A stretch of 64,000 nt of DNA from an uncultured Phycisphaerales bacterium (GCA_963772725.1 CAVYYI010000005.1:224001-288000); one strand, 5' to 3'; positions 42,657 through 53,568 are shown, numbered from the stretch's first letter. Program-made: numbers and translations. Notes: generated from the sequence alone by a model not told the origin.

Positions 42657-44555
42657 ATGAGTAATATATTGGAACAGATAAACGGGCCGGAAGACCTCAA
42701 AAAGCTTACGGCGGCGGAGTTGAAAGAACTGGCCGGCGAAATACGCCAGTTCATACTCGATTCAGTCAGCAGAACAGGCGGGCATCTGGCGAGCAATCTC
42801 GGCGTCGTGGAGTTGACGCTTGCGCTGCATTACGTCTTCGATTTCCAAAATGACCGGCTGCTGTGGGATGTCGGTCATCAGTGTTATACGCACAAAATCA
42901 TCACCAGCAGAAAAGAGCTGTTTCGCCGACTGCGCCAGCCTGACGGCCTGAGCGGTTTTCCCAGTCCCGCGGAAAGCGTTTACGACTCCTTCTTCGTGGG
43001 CCACGCTGGAACTGCCGCGGCAACCGCCATTGGAATGGCCCTCGGTAAAGCTCTCAAGCAGAAGAACAATAGAGTCGTTGCTGTCGTGGGCGACGCAAGT
43101 ATCGTCAACGGCCTGTCGCTTGAGGCGTTAAACAATCTCGGTCTGGTGAAAAGGCAGCTCCTTATCATTCTCAACGACAATTCGATGGCGATTGACGCCA
43201 CACAGGGCGCCGTAGCGAAATATTTTTCAAAGATGCGGCTGAGCCAGAAATACGAAGACTTGCGGGCAAGAACAAATAATCTTCTCGAACATCTGCCCCT
43301 GGGTAAAGGGATGGAAGATGCGATTGAACGAATCAAAAAGACGATTCGTATGACAATACCTGGCAGCCAGATGTTCGAGGGTATGAACATACCGTATTTC
43401 GGCCCTGTGGACGGACACGATATTGAGTCTCTGATACAGGTCTTTTTGAGGCTGGAACGATTTAACCGGCCGGTGATTCTCCACGTCCATACTAAAAAAG
43501 GTGAGGGCTTTGCACCTGCGGGCCAAGACCCGAGTAAATTTCACTCCACCGGACCTTTCGAGTTAAACGGCGACACAGGGGAATCGGACACAATACTTCC
43601 AGGCCAGAGCTTTACAAAAGTTTTCGGTGAACATCTCGTCAAACTCGCCGAACAGGACAGCGACATTGTAGCTATAACATCGGCGATGTGTGACGGAACT
43701 GGTTTGAGCGAATTTCGCGAAAAATTTCCAACAAGATTTTTCGATGTCGGCATCGCCGAGGAGGCGGCTGTTGATATCGCCGCCGGCTTGGCAAAGAGCG
43801 GATGTAAGCCGGTGGTCTGTATTTACTCCACTTTTTTACAGCGGAGTTTCGATGAGATATTCCAGGAGGTCGCCTTGCAGAATCTGCCGGTTGTGTTCTG
43901 TATCGATAGGGCGGGTTTTGTGGGTGCGGATGGTCCGACCCATCATGGACTGATGGATATCGGCTTTATGCGGATGATGCCCAATATGATTCTGATTTCC
44001 CCTGCCAACGATGTTGAAATGAAACTTGCCCTGGATTTTGCTTTCACCGCAAACAGGCCGGTCGTCATCAGGTATCCCAAAGATATTGCTGTTGCTACTG
44101 ATAATGCTGATATTATCGGACAATGCAATGTGCCGTTCGAACTGGGCAAATCCGTAACCGTTAAAAGCAGCCCCAATTCAAAAGTCTTCATAATCTCTTA
44201 CGGCTCTGTCCTGACAGAGGCGGTTAAGGCAGCAAAACTTCTGAATCACGACGGAGTTGAGGCCGATGTGATTAACGCCCGGTTCGCCGAACCCATAGAC
44301 GATAAGATAATATCCCTTGTCAGTTCCGGCAAAAATGCGATAATAATTGAAGACCACGCGACGGCGTGCGGGTTTGGTTCCGCGGTTCTTGAGGCCGCTG
44401 TTACTATGCCAAAATCGAAGCGTGGCGCGATAAGAATTATCGGCAGTCCGAAACAGTTTATCGGACATAATTCCCGCAAGGTGCAGCTTATGCAGATTGG
44501 TATAAACGCCGATAAGATAGCCAATACGGCAAAGGAATTGATTACTAATGGCTAA
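42657..44555 (+). CDS. dxs: 1-deoxy-D-xylulose-5-phosphate synthase
   Basis: 'GGHLASNLGVVELT', 'WDVGHQCY.HK', 'GDA...LNDNSM', 'GPVDGHD', 'DVGIAEE', 'YSTFLQR', 'DGPTHHG'. Confidence 0.96.
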   Translation: MSNILEQINGPEDLKKLTAAELKELAGEIRQFILDSVSRTGGHLASNLGVVELTLALHYVFDFQNDRLLWDVGHQCYTHKIITSRKELFRRLRQPDGLSGFPSPAESVYDSFFVGHAGTAAATAIGMALGKALKQKNNRVVAVVGDASIVNGLSLEALNNLGLVKRQLLIILNDNSMAIDATQGAVAKYFSKMRLSQKYEDLRARTNNLLEHLPLGKGMEDAIERIKKTIRMTIPGSQMFEGMNIPYFGPVDGHDIESLIQVFLRLERFNRPVILHVHTKKGEGFAPAGQDPSKFHSTGPFELNGDTGESDTILPGQSFTKVFGEHLVKLAEQDSDIVAITSAMCDGTGLSEFREKFPTRFFDVGIAEEAAVDIAAGLAKSGCKPVVCIYSTFLQRSFDEIFQEVALQNLPVVFCIDRAGFVGADGPTHHGLMDIGFMRMMPNMILISPANDVEMKLALDFAFTANRPVVIRYPKDIAVATDNADIIGQCNVPFELGKSVTVKSSPNSKVFIISYGSVLTEAVKAAKLLNHDGVEADVINARFAEPIDDKIISLVSSGKNAIIIEDHATACGFGSAVLEAAVTMPKSKRGAIRIIGSPKQFIGHNSRKVQLMQIGINADKIANTAKELITNG

Positions 44556-45411
44556 AAAACTGCCCAGTTTGGTAATTTTCGGTGACCCCAAAAAAGGTCA
44601 CGTCAATGAGGCTGTCGCTTCCTTTACGGACTTCGTCAAAGATAAAGCTGAAATCCTCGCAAGTTATTGCGTCGATGAATGCACCGTTGATATTTTCGAC
44701 AAGTGCAATTACGCCATAGTTTTCGGCGGCGACGGAACTATCATCTCAGCCGCTAGAAATCTCAAACAAAGCAGCGTCCCTGTCATTGGCGTCAACGTCG
44801 GCAAACTCGGTTTTCTCGCGGAATTCAGCCTCGCCGAGCTTAAGCAGTATTTCGATATTATCATCGCTGGCAAAGCACATATCGAAAAACGCATGATGCT
44901 CAACTGCCGCGTTTTCCGTGATGAAAAAGAACAGCTTAGTGTGGCAGCCATTAATGATGTTTTCTTCACCTCCGGGCCGCCTTTTCGGATGATAGAGCTG
45001 AAAATATGCGTTGACGGCCAGTCGCTGGCGGGCTGTGTCAGCGACGGACTGGTAATCGCTACACCGACCGGCTCAACGGCATATAATCTTTCCGCCGGCG
45101 GGCCTATTGTCTCCGGCAATATGGACGCTGTGGTAATAACACCGATATGCCCGCATTCATTGAGTTTCCGTCCGATAGTTATTAACGCCAGCAGCAGGAT
45201 TGAGGTTGTTGGATTGCGGCTTAACGAAGGTACAACTGTCTCCATTGACGGCCAGGTCTCATGGAAACTCCAGCAGGGCGATATTGTCAGGGTTCAAAAA
45301 GAAAAAAGCGATTTCCTCCTTGTAAATAACCCCCTGCGGACACAATGGGATACCCTCGCGACCAAATTAGGCTGGGCAGAAAAGTTCAGATACAACAAAG
45401 GCAACCTGTAA
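44548..45411 (+). CDS. nadK: NAD kinase
   Basis: 'GGDGT', 'GVN.GKLGFL', 'IND', 'DGLVIATPTGSTAYNLSAGGP'. Confidence 0.95.
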   Translation: MAKKLPSLVIFGDPKKGHVNEAVASFTDFVKDKAEILASYCVDECTVDIFDKCNYAIVFGGDGTIISAARNLKQSSVPVIGVNVGKLGFLAEFSLAELKQYFDIIIAGKAHIEKRMMLNCRVFRDEKEQLSVAAINDVFFTSGPPFRMIELKICVDGQSLAGCVSDGLVIATPTGSTAYNLSAGGPIVSGNMDAVVITPICPHSLSFRPIVINASSRIEVVGLRLNEGTTVSIDGQVSWKLQQGDIVRVQKEKSDFLLVNNPLRTQWDTLATKLGWAEKFRYNKGNL

Positions 45412-45464
45412 AACACACAAAAATTGTTCCCCCGCAAGTGTTTTTTTTTGAACGAAGCCCCTAA

Positions 45465-47096
45465 ATGGGCGATATAATACTTAGTATGAGGAGTAAAATA
45501 GAAAATTTTGTTGTGCCGCTGATGGTTTTGGCTGCGATATGTGAAATAAGCAGAGCCGCTAACCCTCCCGTTGCGGGCAGTCCTTTAGGCTCGGGTACGG
45601 TTCCTCCGACAACCTACCAGAGCGGTCTGATTCGCAGCCCTAACCCGATGAATCCCAGCAGGGGCAACCTTGATGTTACAGGCAATCTTCGCGGCAACAG
45701 TTATTTTCGCGGTGTTGTGCCTTACGGTTCTACTTACGATTTCGGGGCGGCAGCTGGCAGCTCATATTTGGATTCTTTTGTGAGAAGCTCTGCGGGGGCG
45801 GAAAGCTACACCGGATACAGCAGAAGAGGTATGCCTTATTACGGTTCAAATACAACCGCTGGGATAATACCCGGCACGCGCGGCGTGGTAATGCCGCCGG
45901 CAGTTAATCCGACTGGTTACGGGTATTCTATTTACAGTCAGCGTATTTTGCCAATGGTGGGTACGCAGTATTCGCAAACAACGACGGGACCGGAAGCTCC
46001 GTATTCATATTACGGCACGCCTGTTACACCCACAACCGTAACTTCGGGTACCGTTGGCGCAAGGCCGATGTCTCCTTCGGCGCTGGAGCTGGAAAAGAAA
46101 ATTTTCGGCAATTCTATCGTGCCGGCCGAGGGCGCGGCGAAATTCGCTCAGCAGCAGACAAATCCGGCAAACCCCGCCCAGCCTTTGCGGCAATACCCCG
46201 CCGAGAACAAACAAACAACACAAGAGACTTCTCCGCAGATGCCGCAGAACCCGCTTCAATCGACGCTTGTCAATCCGACCGAAAAGCCGGTTCAAACAGC
46301 GGAGAGAAATACGACAACACTTATCGATACGCTTTCAAAGCCCGCCATTTCTTCACCTCAGGCAAAACTTGTTACCGCGGAAAAACCTGAACAGATGGAT
46401 GTTTATGAGCAGATGAAAAAACAGGTTGAGGACTTCCAGAAGAGTTACAAAGAGCAGCAGGCTCTCGCGGCAAAGCAGAACAAGCCCGCCGCAGCGGAGA
46501 AACAGCCCGCCGAGGCTAACGCTGTTCCGGAAAAGGAACAAACCTCGCAGGAAAAACTTGCCGCTGTTATTCAGAACGCTGCTGAGGCAAAGGGCATTCT
46601 CGGAGAGTACAAGTCTTTCACCACGTATTCACAGGACAGGTTTAATCAGTGCCTTAAAGCTGGCGAGGAAAATCTAAAGCAAAGCAAATACTATAAAGCC
46701 GCCGACGCCTACACACTGGCCGGCCTTTACAAGCCCAACGACCCGCTGCCCAACGCCGGAAAGAGCTATGCCCTTTTCGCGGCAGGCGAATACCTCAGCA
46801 GTTCGCTGTATCTGTCAAGGGCGATTTATATATTCCCTGAGTATGTGCTGATTAAAGTTGACCTCGCAAGTATGCTCGGCGGCAGGGACATCATCGAAAA
46901 ACGGTTAGCTGATATCCAGAAGCTGATAGGTATGAGCGAAGCCCCTGAATTGGAGTTTTTAATCGGTTATATCTATTATCAGACGGGTCGCCTCGACCTT
47001 GCCAAAAAGAACGCCGACTCCGCCGCCGCAAAAATGCCCCAGTCTGCCCCCGCCCAGATAATGAAAAAAGCCATCGACGACGCCGCTGCAAAATAA
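45465..47096 (+). CDS. Exported protein with low-complexity N-half and C-terminal TPRs
   Basis: Signal peptide, a G/S/T/P/Q-rich region, then 'YYKAADAY..A....PNDPL...GKSYALFAAGEY'. Confidence 0.7.
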   Translation: MGDIILSMRSKIENFVVPLMVLAAICEISRAANPPVAGSPLGSGTVPPTTYQSGLIRSPNPMNPSRGNLDVTGNLRGNSYFRGVVPYGSTYDFGAAAGSSYLDSFVRSSAGAESYTGYSRRGMPYYGSNTTAGIIPGTRGVVMPPAVNPTGYGYSIYSQRILPMVGTQYSQTTTGPEAPYSYYGTPVTPTTVTSGTVGARPMSPSALELEKKIFGNSIVPAEGAAKFAQQQTNPANPAQPLRQYPAENKQTTQETSPQMPQNPLQSTLVNPTEKPVQTAERNTTTLIDTLSKPAISSPQAKLVTAEKPEQMDVYEQMKKQVEDFQKSYKEQQALAAKQNKPAAAEKQPAEANAVPEKEQTSQEKLAAVIQNAAEAKGILGEYKSFTTYSQDRFNQCLKAGEENLKQSKYYKAADAYTLAGLYKPNDPLPNAGKSYALFAAGEYLSSSLYLSRAIYIFPEYVLIKVDLASMLGGRDIIEKRLADIQKLIGMSEAPELEFLIGYIYYQTGRLDLAKKNADSAAAKMPQSAPAQIMKKAIDDAAAK

Positions 47097-47158
47097 CCAC
47101 ACATAAGCCGCCAACTTTATGTTGGGGGTTACTCGCGGAGAATGTATAATGTGCGGCG

Positions 47159-49125
47159 ATGATAAGAGCAAATACAAGTTTAAGCGTAGAAGAAATACTC
47201 GCACCGGCGGGCCCAATAGCGAAAAAGTTCCCGGGTTTTGAATCCCGACCTGAGCAAATCAAGATGGCACAGGCGGTTCAGCTTGCGATGAGTAAAGGCA
47301 GACGCCTCGCCGCTGAGGCAGGCACCGGTGTGGGCAAAAGTTTCGCGTATCTCGTCCCGGCTATCGACGCGGTCAGCCAAAAAGCTGGCAAAGTTCTAAT
47401 CAGCACTTATACAATCACCCTTCAGGAACAGCTAATCAATAAAGACATTCCGTTTCTGGCCGGCTGTCTGAGCAACACCTTTTCCGCCGTCCTCGCGAAA
47501 GGCCGCAGCAATTACCTTTGCCGGCGCCGACTGCGATTTGCCCTAACAAAAGGCCGGGCGATGTTCACGCAGTTGTATGACGAACTCGAAGAGATGAGCC
47601 GCTGGGCCGAGCAAACCAACGACGGCTCATTAAGCGATATACCCTTCACCCCAAGCCCCCAGGCCTGGGACGCCGTCTGCAGCGAACACGGCAACTGTCC
47701 CGGCAGAAAGTGCGGCAACTTCCAGGATTGCTTCTACCGCCGCGCAAGAAGAAGACTCGACAACGCCGACATTATCGTCGCCAATCACGCCCTTATGTTC
47801 AGCGACCTCGTCCTCAAGGAAGCCGACTTCGACCTGCTCCCAGAATACCACTACGTCATCATCGACGAGGCCCACAATATCGAGCACGTCGCCGAAGACC
47901 AGTTCGGCATCGACTTGAGTGACCGCAAAATCAAATACACCCTCAACAGCCTCTACAACCCCGCAACGCACAAAGGCCTGCTCGCCTTCAAAGATAACGC
48001 CGACAACGCCATCGAAATCGCCCGCAGAATATCCAAAGACAGCCGCACCTTCTTCGACAACGTCCGCAAATGGTACGAATCGAACCGCGACGACACCGGT
48101 GGCCGATGCTACAAAAACTTCATCAACGACAACCTCTCATCGTCCCTCAAGCAGCTCACCAGCGAATTGAACGGCATGTCCAACCGCATCGAGGACGTCG
48201 ATGAAAAATTCGAAATCATCAGATACGTCAACAACTGCGCCGGCATCGCCAAAGACTTAAAAGACTTTTTACATCAAGAAAAAACCGATTGCGTTTACTG
48301 GATTGAGGCCGGCTCAAAAATCAAATCCGCCGTCCGCCTCAAAAGCGCACCCCTCAACGTCGGCCCCGATGTCAAAAAATACCTCTTCGATAAATTTGAG
48401 TCCGTCATAATGACCTCCGCCACTCTCAGCAGCGACGGCGCCGACGTTAAATCCGGCTTCGACTTCTTCGCCTCCAGAATCAGCCTGGAGAATTTCGACG
48501 CCGTCAAACTCGGCTCGCCATTCGATTACGAAAATCAGGTCACTCTCTATATCGAAAAGGCTTTGCCCGACCCCAACGAGCCCAACTTCACCAACGCCGC
48601 CGCGCAGACTATAAAAAAATATCTCCTCCAAACACAGGGCCACGCCTTCGTCCTTTTCACCAGCTATGAAATGCTCGACTCCATCGCCGCACAAATGACC
48701 GGCTGGCTTCTCGAAAACGGCATCGAACTTTTACAGCAGGGCACCGGCATCGACCGAGCGCACTGCTCAAACATTTCAAATCCGCCGACAAAGCCGCCCT
48801 CTTCGGCACCGACAGTTTCTGGCAGGGCGTCGACGTCCCCGGCGAAGCACTCTCCAACGTCATAATCGTCCGCCTGCCCTTCGCCGTCCCCAACCAGCCG
48901 CTGCTTGCAGGCCGCATCGAACAAATCAAAGAACAGGGCGGCAACCCATTCTTCGATTACCAGCTGCCGTCAGCCATCATAAAATTCAAACAGGGTTTTG
49001 GCCGACTCATTCGCTGCAAAACCGACACCGGCATCGTCGTCGTACTCGACAACAGAATCATAAACAAACCCTACGGCCGCCGCTTCCTCTCAGCTATCCC
49101 AAAATGTAAAACCCAAATCGTCTGA
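47159..49125 (+). CDS. dinG: DinG/YoaA family Fe-S helicase; frameshift near 48760
   Basis: 'EAGTGVGKS', 'KGRSNYLC', Cys cluster, 'IIDEAH', 'TSATL', 'LFTSY'; shifted frame 'FGTDSFWQGVDVPG...RLPF...KQGFGRLIR'. Confidence 0.9.
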
Positions 49126-49163
49126 CACTCCGCTGTTTTTTTGGGGGGGGGGTAAAAGCGAAA

Positions 49164-49237
49164 TGCGCCCGAAGGGATTCGAACCCCTGACCTACGGATT
49201 AGAAATCCGTTGCTCTATCCAGCTGAGCTACGGGCGC
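49164..49237 (-). tRNA. tRNA-Arg(TCT)
   Basis: Reverse complement GCGCCCGTAGCTCAGCTGGATAGAGCAACGGAT-TTCTAA-TCCGT...GGTTCGAATCCCTTCGGGCGCA. Confidence 0.95.
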
Positions 49238-49372
49238 AACAACTTATAAATAAGAGACTTATAAAAATAAAAATTTTTGCAATTATTTACAAATACAACC
49301 TTGACTACAACCAAATCGTAGTTTACACTATAATTATGTTTAACGGTCTCGTTATAGTTAAGGAACTTAATC

Positions 49373-50533
49373 ATGTTAGAATCAAAACCTAAAAGAAAAA
49401 CACGTTCAGATAAATTCCCGCTTACTTTACATAAAACAGGCCAATTTTGCAAGAAAATTAGAGGCAGGTTGTACTACTTTGGTAAGTATAAGCAAAAAGC
49501 ATTGGAACTCTATCTTGAGCAAACTTCTTATTTGCATCTCGACAAAACAAATGGAGTGAAAAACAAGGGTAAAGATATATCTTTAAAAACATTGAGCAAT
49601 CTCTATTTAGATTACCAACATCATCAAGCCCAAAGTGGAGAGATAACTTGGCGACATGTTTACGACCAGACCGCACTTTTACGGAGTTTTGCCAGATATA
49701 TTGGTTCTAACCGGATGGTGCCAGATATAACAACATCAGATCTACAAAACTATTATAAAAAACTTGTCATCTCAGGTAAAGCTGCCAGAACCATCAATAA
49801 TCGTATGACAGCTGTAAAGAGTATGTTCAACTGGGCAGTAAACAATGAGGTTATTGAAAAAATTCCGAACCTAAAGGTCATTAAAAAGCTTACCCCCTCA
49901 AAAGCCGAGAAGCCAATATTTAATATCCAGCAGATTCAAAAAATGCTCGAACATGCAAGTCCGCAGATGAAAGCTATGATATTATTGGGATTGAATTGTG
50001 GATTTGGCTGTACTGATTGTGCTGAGTTGCAGTGGAGCCATATCCATTTTGAAAATTCAAGGATTATTTTCCCAAGAGGAAAAACAGGCATACTGCGTAA
50101 TCTTAGCCTTTGGCCTGAAACTATAGCATTATTAAATGCGATACCTAATAAAGGGGAACATGTGTTCTACACGACTAAGGGTAATCTGCGGGTACGAATC
50201 ATAAAAAGCACCGGCAAAGATGGCAGGGAAAAATTCACAAGTGAGGATACTATCAGCAAAGATTTCGCTAAACTCCTTAAAAAAGCCGGTATCAAAACTG
50301 AAAAAGGCGTTGGTTTTTATACATTGAGAAGAACAGCGGCGACGCTGGCGGCACACTCTGGGGATCCGTTTGCAGTTCAAAGATTATTGGGCCACGCTGA
50401 TTTAAAAATGGCCTCTGTTTATGTCCAGGATGTTTCTGAGCAGACAGACAGAGTTGTAAATAATGTCAGGAATCTTATAATCCAAGATGGTTCTTTACCT
50501 TCGGCCAGTTCCGGTGAGAATGTGAACGAATAG
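49373..50533 (+). CDS. Tyrosine recombinase / integrase
   Basis: 'RGKTG', 'FYTLRRTAAT', 'VQRLLGHA.LKM..VY'; N-terminal arm-binding-like 'KKIRGRLYYFG'; next to a tRNA. Confidence 0.9.
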   Translation: MLESKPKRKTRSDKFPLTLHKTGQFCKKIRGRLYYFGKYKQKALELYLEQTSYLHLDKTNGVKNKGKDISLKTLSNLYLDYQHHQAQSGEITWRHVYDQTALLRSFARYIGSNRMVPDITTSDLQNYYKKLVISGKAARTINNRMTAVKSMFNWAVNNEVIEKIPNLKVIKKLTPSKAEKPIFNIQQIQKMLEHASPQMKAMILLGLNCGFGCTDCAELQWSHIHFENSRIIFPRGKTGILRNLSLWPETIALLNAIPNKGEHVFYTTKGNLRVRIIKSTGKDGREKFTSEDTISKDFAKLLKKAGIKTEKGVGFYTLRRTAATLAAHSGDPFAVQRLLGHADLKMASVYVQDVSEQTDRVVNNVRNLIIQDGSLPSASSGENVNE

Positions 50534-50894
50534 GTTCTTTGGACAGAGGTTTTACTTCTTTAGCCTCGATGAACTTCTGAAGACTTTGTCTTTTTATACG
50601 GTAATGCCCTTTTTTGGCAAATTTACCTTTGTTTTCAACAACATTAATAGCCTCAATTTCGCCGTTACGAATAAGGCGATATATAACGGTTTTTGAAATC
50701 TTGAGCTCTGTTGCAATATCGTCAACAGTCAGCCAATCGGATTGGGTTTTGCGAACATTTTGGAGCATCTCAAAGAATTTCTCCATGTGGTTGAGCAAAT
50801 CCCGGCATACAGCACAACTTTCGTTGTCTGATGTACTACGAATATCCGAATTTTCTGATTCTTGACGTATCACAACAGAGCCCAAATTAATCAA
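50475..50894 (-). CDS. Excisionase-like HTH protein (5' end possibly cut by the IS)
   Basis: 'WLTVDDIATELKISKTVIYRLIRNGEIEA...YRIKRQSLQKFI'. Confidence 0.8.
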   Translation of the reverse strand: MINLGSVVIRQESENSDIRSTSDNESCAVCRDLLNHMEKFFEMLQNVRKTQSDWLTVDDIATELKISKTVIYRLIRNGEIEAINVVENKGKFAKKGHYRIKRQSLQKFIEAKEVKPLSKEPIRSHSHRNWPKVKNHLGL

Positions 50895-50899
50895 TATTT

Positions 50900-52388
50900 A
50901 GTCGTCCCTGAAAAATAATTTAACTTTTTTGTATATAAAGGCTTGCAATTTAAAAATCTGGCGCTAAATTGCAGGGAAATGATATTTATTATTAATTTCC
51001 TTGCAAAACATGGAGGTTTTTATGCAGCCTAAACAACAAAGCAATTCCCAGTCAATGTTATTCACCTCGAAGCTGGAGCAGATACTAAACGAGCAGCATC
51101 CTTTATATAAACTGGCAAATATCATCATCTGGTCAGAGTTTGATGCCGCCTTCGGTAAACTCTATGATCCGGGCTTCGGCAGACCAGCCAAACCCACCCG
51201 CCTTATGGCAGGACTTCATTATCTCAAAAGCGCATATAATCTCAGCGATGAGTCTGTAGTTGAGAGATGGATAGAGAATCCTTACTGGCAGTATTTTTGC
51301 GGAGAGCAATATTTTCAGCATGAATTTCCGATTGACCCAACCAGTATGACCAAATGGCGTAACCGGATTAAGGACGCTGGTATGGAAAAGCTGCTTGAGC
51401 AGACCATAAGCGCAGGCCTTAAAACCGGCACAGTTAAACCGCATCAGTTAAAAAAGATAGTAGTCGATACAACGGTGCAGGAAAAGGCGACAGCCTTTCC
51501 GACCGATGCACGTCTTTATCATAAGATGAGAATAAAGCTTGTTAAAAAGGCACAGGATAATGACATAGAACTTAGGCAGAGTTATCAGAGGGTAGCCAAA
51601 AGGGCTTTTGTTATGCAGCACAGATTTTCACACGCCAGGCAGTTCAAAAAAGCGGATAAGCAATTAAGGAAACTAAAGACCTGTCTGGGAAGAGTTACAA
51701 GGGATATAGAGCGTAAGATATTGCAGAAGCCTCAATTGCAGCAGGAGTTTTCAGAATTGCTCGATATGTCCAGGATGTTATTATCACAGAAACGGGACAG
51801 CAGTAACAAGCTATACAGTATTCACGCGCCGGAGGTTAACTGCATAAGCAAGGGCAAGGCACACAAGAAGTATGAGTTTGGCTGTAAGGTGGCACTGGCG
51901 TCTCCCGCTCAAAACGCCTTTGTAGTCGCAGCGGTTGCTTTTGAAGGGAATCCATATGATGGACATACGTTAAAAGATACACTCTCCCAGACGATGAAAC
52001 TGCTGGATAAAAAAGGTTTTGAAGATGTTTATGTTGATGACGGGTACAAAGGTCATGGCTGTGGAGATATTGCGGAGGTTCATATCGTCAAAAGGGGCTG
52101 GCGAAAGCTGCCGAGAAGTATTCGAAAGTGGTACAGCAGGCGAAGTATGATTGAGCCTGTGATAGGACATTGTAAATCTGATAACGGTCTGGACAGAAAC
52201 TACCTCAAGGGCGTCGAAGGCGATAAGGTTAATGCGATATTGAGCGCTTGCGGGTTTAATATCCGCAAGTTGCTGCGGAAAATTATTTTTTGGCTTTGCC
52301 GGTTTATTCAAAATTTGGGGCTGTCGGCAGAATTTGCCCAGCTTACATATGCCGCCTGAAACTGAAATCTACTTTTTCAGGGACGACT
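50900..52388 (+). mobile_element. IS5-family insertion sequence
   Basis: Terminal IRs AGTCGTCCCTGAAAAA (50900-50915) and TTTTTCAGGGACGACT (52373-52388). No matching target duplication seen. Confidence 0.9.
51022..52359 (+). CDS. IS5-family DDE transposase
   Basis: 'LSDESVVERWIENPYWQYFCGE', 'VDTTVQEK', 'KGKAHKKYEFG', 'D.GYKGH', 'IEPVIGH.K'. Confidence 0.92.
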   Translation: MQPKQQSNSQSMLFTSKLEQILNEQHPLYKLANIIIWSEFDAAFGKLYDPGFGRPAKPTRLMAGLHYLKSAYNLSDESVVERWIENPYWQYFCGEQYFQHEFPIDPTSMTKWRNRIKDAGMEKLLEQTISAGLKTGTVKPHQLKKIVVDTTVQEKATAFPTDARLYHKMRIKLVKKAQDNDIELRQSYQRVAKRAFVMQHRFSHARQFKKADKQLRKLKTCLGRVTRDIERKILQKPQLQQEFSELLDMSRMLLSQKRDSSNKLYSIHAPEVNCISKGKAHKKYEFGCKVALASPAQNAFVVAAVAFEGNPYDGHTLKDTLSQTMKLLDKKGFEDVYVDDGYKGHGCGDIAEVHIVKRGWRKLPRSIRKWYSRRSMIEPVIGHCKSDNGLDRNYLKGVEGDKVNAILSACGFNIRKLLRKIIFWLCRFIQNLGLSAEFAQLTYAA

Positions 52389-52506
52389 CTTTAATATTCC
52401 ACCGCAATTCTACGGGTTTCAACCCGTAGATGAAGTCATCCGACAAAGTCGGACGGGCGTAGCCAGAAACGGTAATGCCACGGGTTTTAACCCGTGGTTC
52501 TTTACT
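52389..52506. mobile_element. Probable IS200/IS605-derived miniature palindromic element
   Basis: Hairpins TCTACGGGTT-TC-AACCCGTAGA (52409-52430), TCCGAC-AAA-GTCGGA (52439-52453) and CCACGGGTT-TT-AACCCGTGG (52478-52497); no transposase. Confidence 0.55.
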
Positions 52507-52558
52507 GTGCACGATTGATGTTCGTCTGATTGGGGATGTTTTGTTTTGAAACGTGAAA

Positions 52559-53568
52559 ACCTGAACTTTGGATAAGGATACAAGAAAAACGGCCAACCTG
52601 CCGATGGAAATAATAGTTTTGTAAATATTATTAACCAAGCAGGCAAGGAGGCCGTATGACAGCGGATTTTACCACATTATTTGTGAATGTCGATGATTGT
52701 TGGAAAGCTTTTGAAAAAATGTATGTAAAGCACCTCATAGAAGATGGAACACGTAAACGCAACAGGCAAGGCAACTTAAGTACCAGCGAGATCATGACTA
52801 TTCTTATTGCCTTCCAAACCAGCGGCTATCGCACTTTCAAGGATTTCTATCACTACCTTCTTGCCCATCACCGCCATGATTTTCCCGATATGGTCAGCTA
52901 CGACCGCTTTGTTTATCTGATACCAAGGGCAATAATCCCGCTGCTTGTATATTTGCAAACCGATGGCATGGATGAGCCCACGGGTATTTCTTTTATTGAC
53001 AGCACCGCACTTAAAGTCTGTCATAATAAACGCATCAGCCGCAACCGTGTTTTCGACGGGCTTGCTCAAATAGGTAAAACAACGATGGGCTGGTTTTTTG
53101 GCTTTAAATTGCATCTGATCATTAATGACCGCGGCGGTTTATTGGGCTGCCGCCTGACAGCAGGTAATGTCGATGATCGCAGCACGGTGGAGACAATGGC
53201 CGACGGCCTGTTCGGAAAGCTATTTGGCGACAAGGGTTACATCAGCCAGAGCCTGTTTGAAAAACTGTTGGCCAAGGGAATTAAGCTGGTAACCAATATG
53301 CGCGCAAATATGAAATGCCGTTTGATGGAGTTGGAGGATAAAATCCTGCTGCGAAAGCGTTCATTGATTGAAACGGTCAATGACACACTCAAAAATGTCT
53401 GTCAGATCGAACATTCACGTCACCGCAGCCCGATCAACTTTCTGGCACATTTGATAGCCGGCCTTATAGCCTATACGAGACTGCCGAAAAAGCCTTCGCT
53501 CAAAATCGAAAACGTCAGCTACCAGCCTAGAGAATTTCTTTGCATCACAGCTTAAACAAAGTTCAGGT
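52559..53568 (+). mobile_element. IS982-family insertion sequence
   Basis: IRs ACCTGAACTTTG / CAAAGTTCAGGT; flanked by a 5-bp direct repeat TGAAA (52554-52558, 53569-53573). Confidence 0.9.
52656..53555 (+). CDS. IS982-family transposase
   Basis: 'LSTSEIMTI', 'FIDST.LKVCHNKRI', 'GWFFGFKLHL', 'GDKGYIS', 'KRSLIETVND.LKN..QIEHSRHRS'. Confidence 0.93.
   Translation: MTADFTTLFVNVDDCWKAFEKMYVKHLIEDGTRKRNRQGNLSTSEIMTILIAFQTSGYRTFKDFYHYLLAHHRHDFPDMVSYDRFVYLIPRAIIPLLVYLQTDGMDEPTGISFIDSTALKVCHNKRISRNRVFDGLAQIGKTTMGWFFGFKLHLIINDRGGLLGCRLTAGNVDDRSTVETMADGLFGKLFGDKGYISQSLFEKLLAKGIKLVTNMRANMKCRLMELEDKILLRKRSLIETVNDTLKNVCQIEHSRHRSPINFLAHLIAGLIAYTRLPKKPSLKIENVSYQPREFLCITA

Noticed and set aside
52369..52646. 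Two small minus-strand ORFs between the ISs
   Set aside because: They run across IS ends and the hairpin element; no coding signal.
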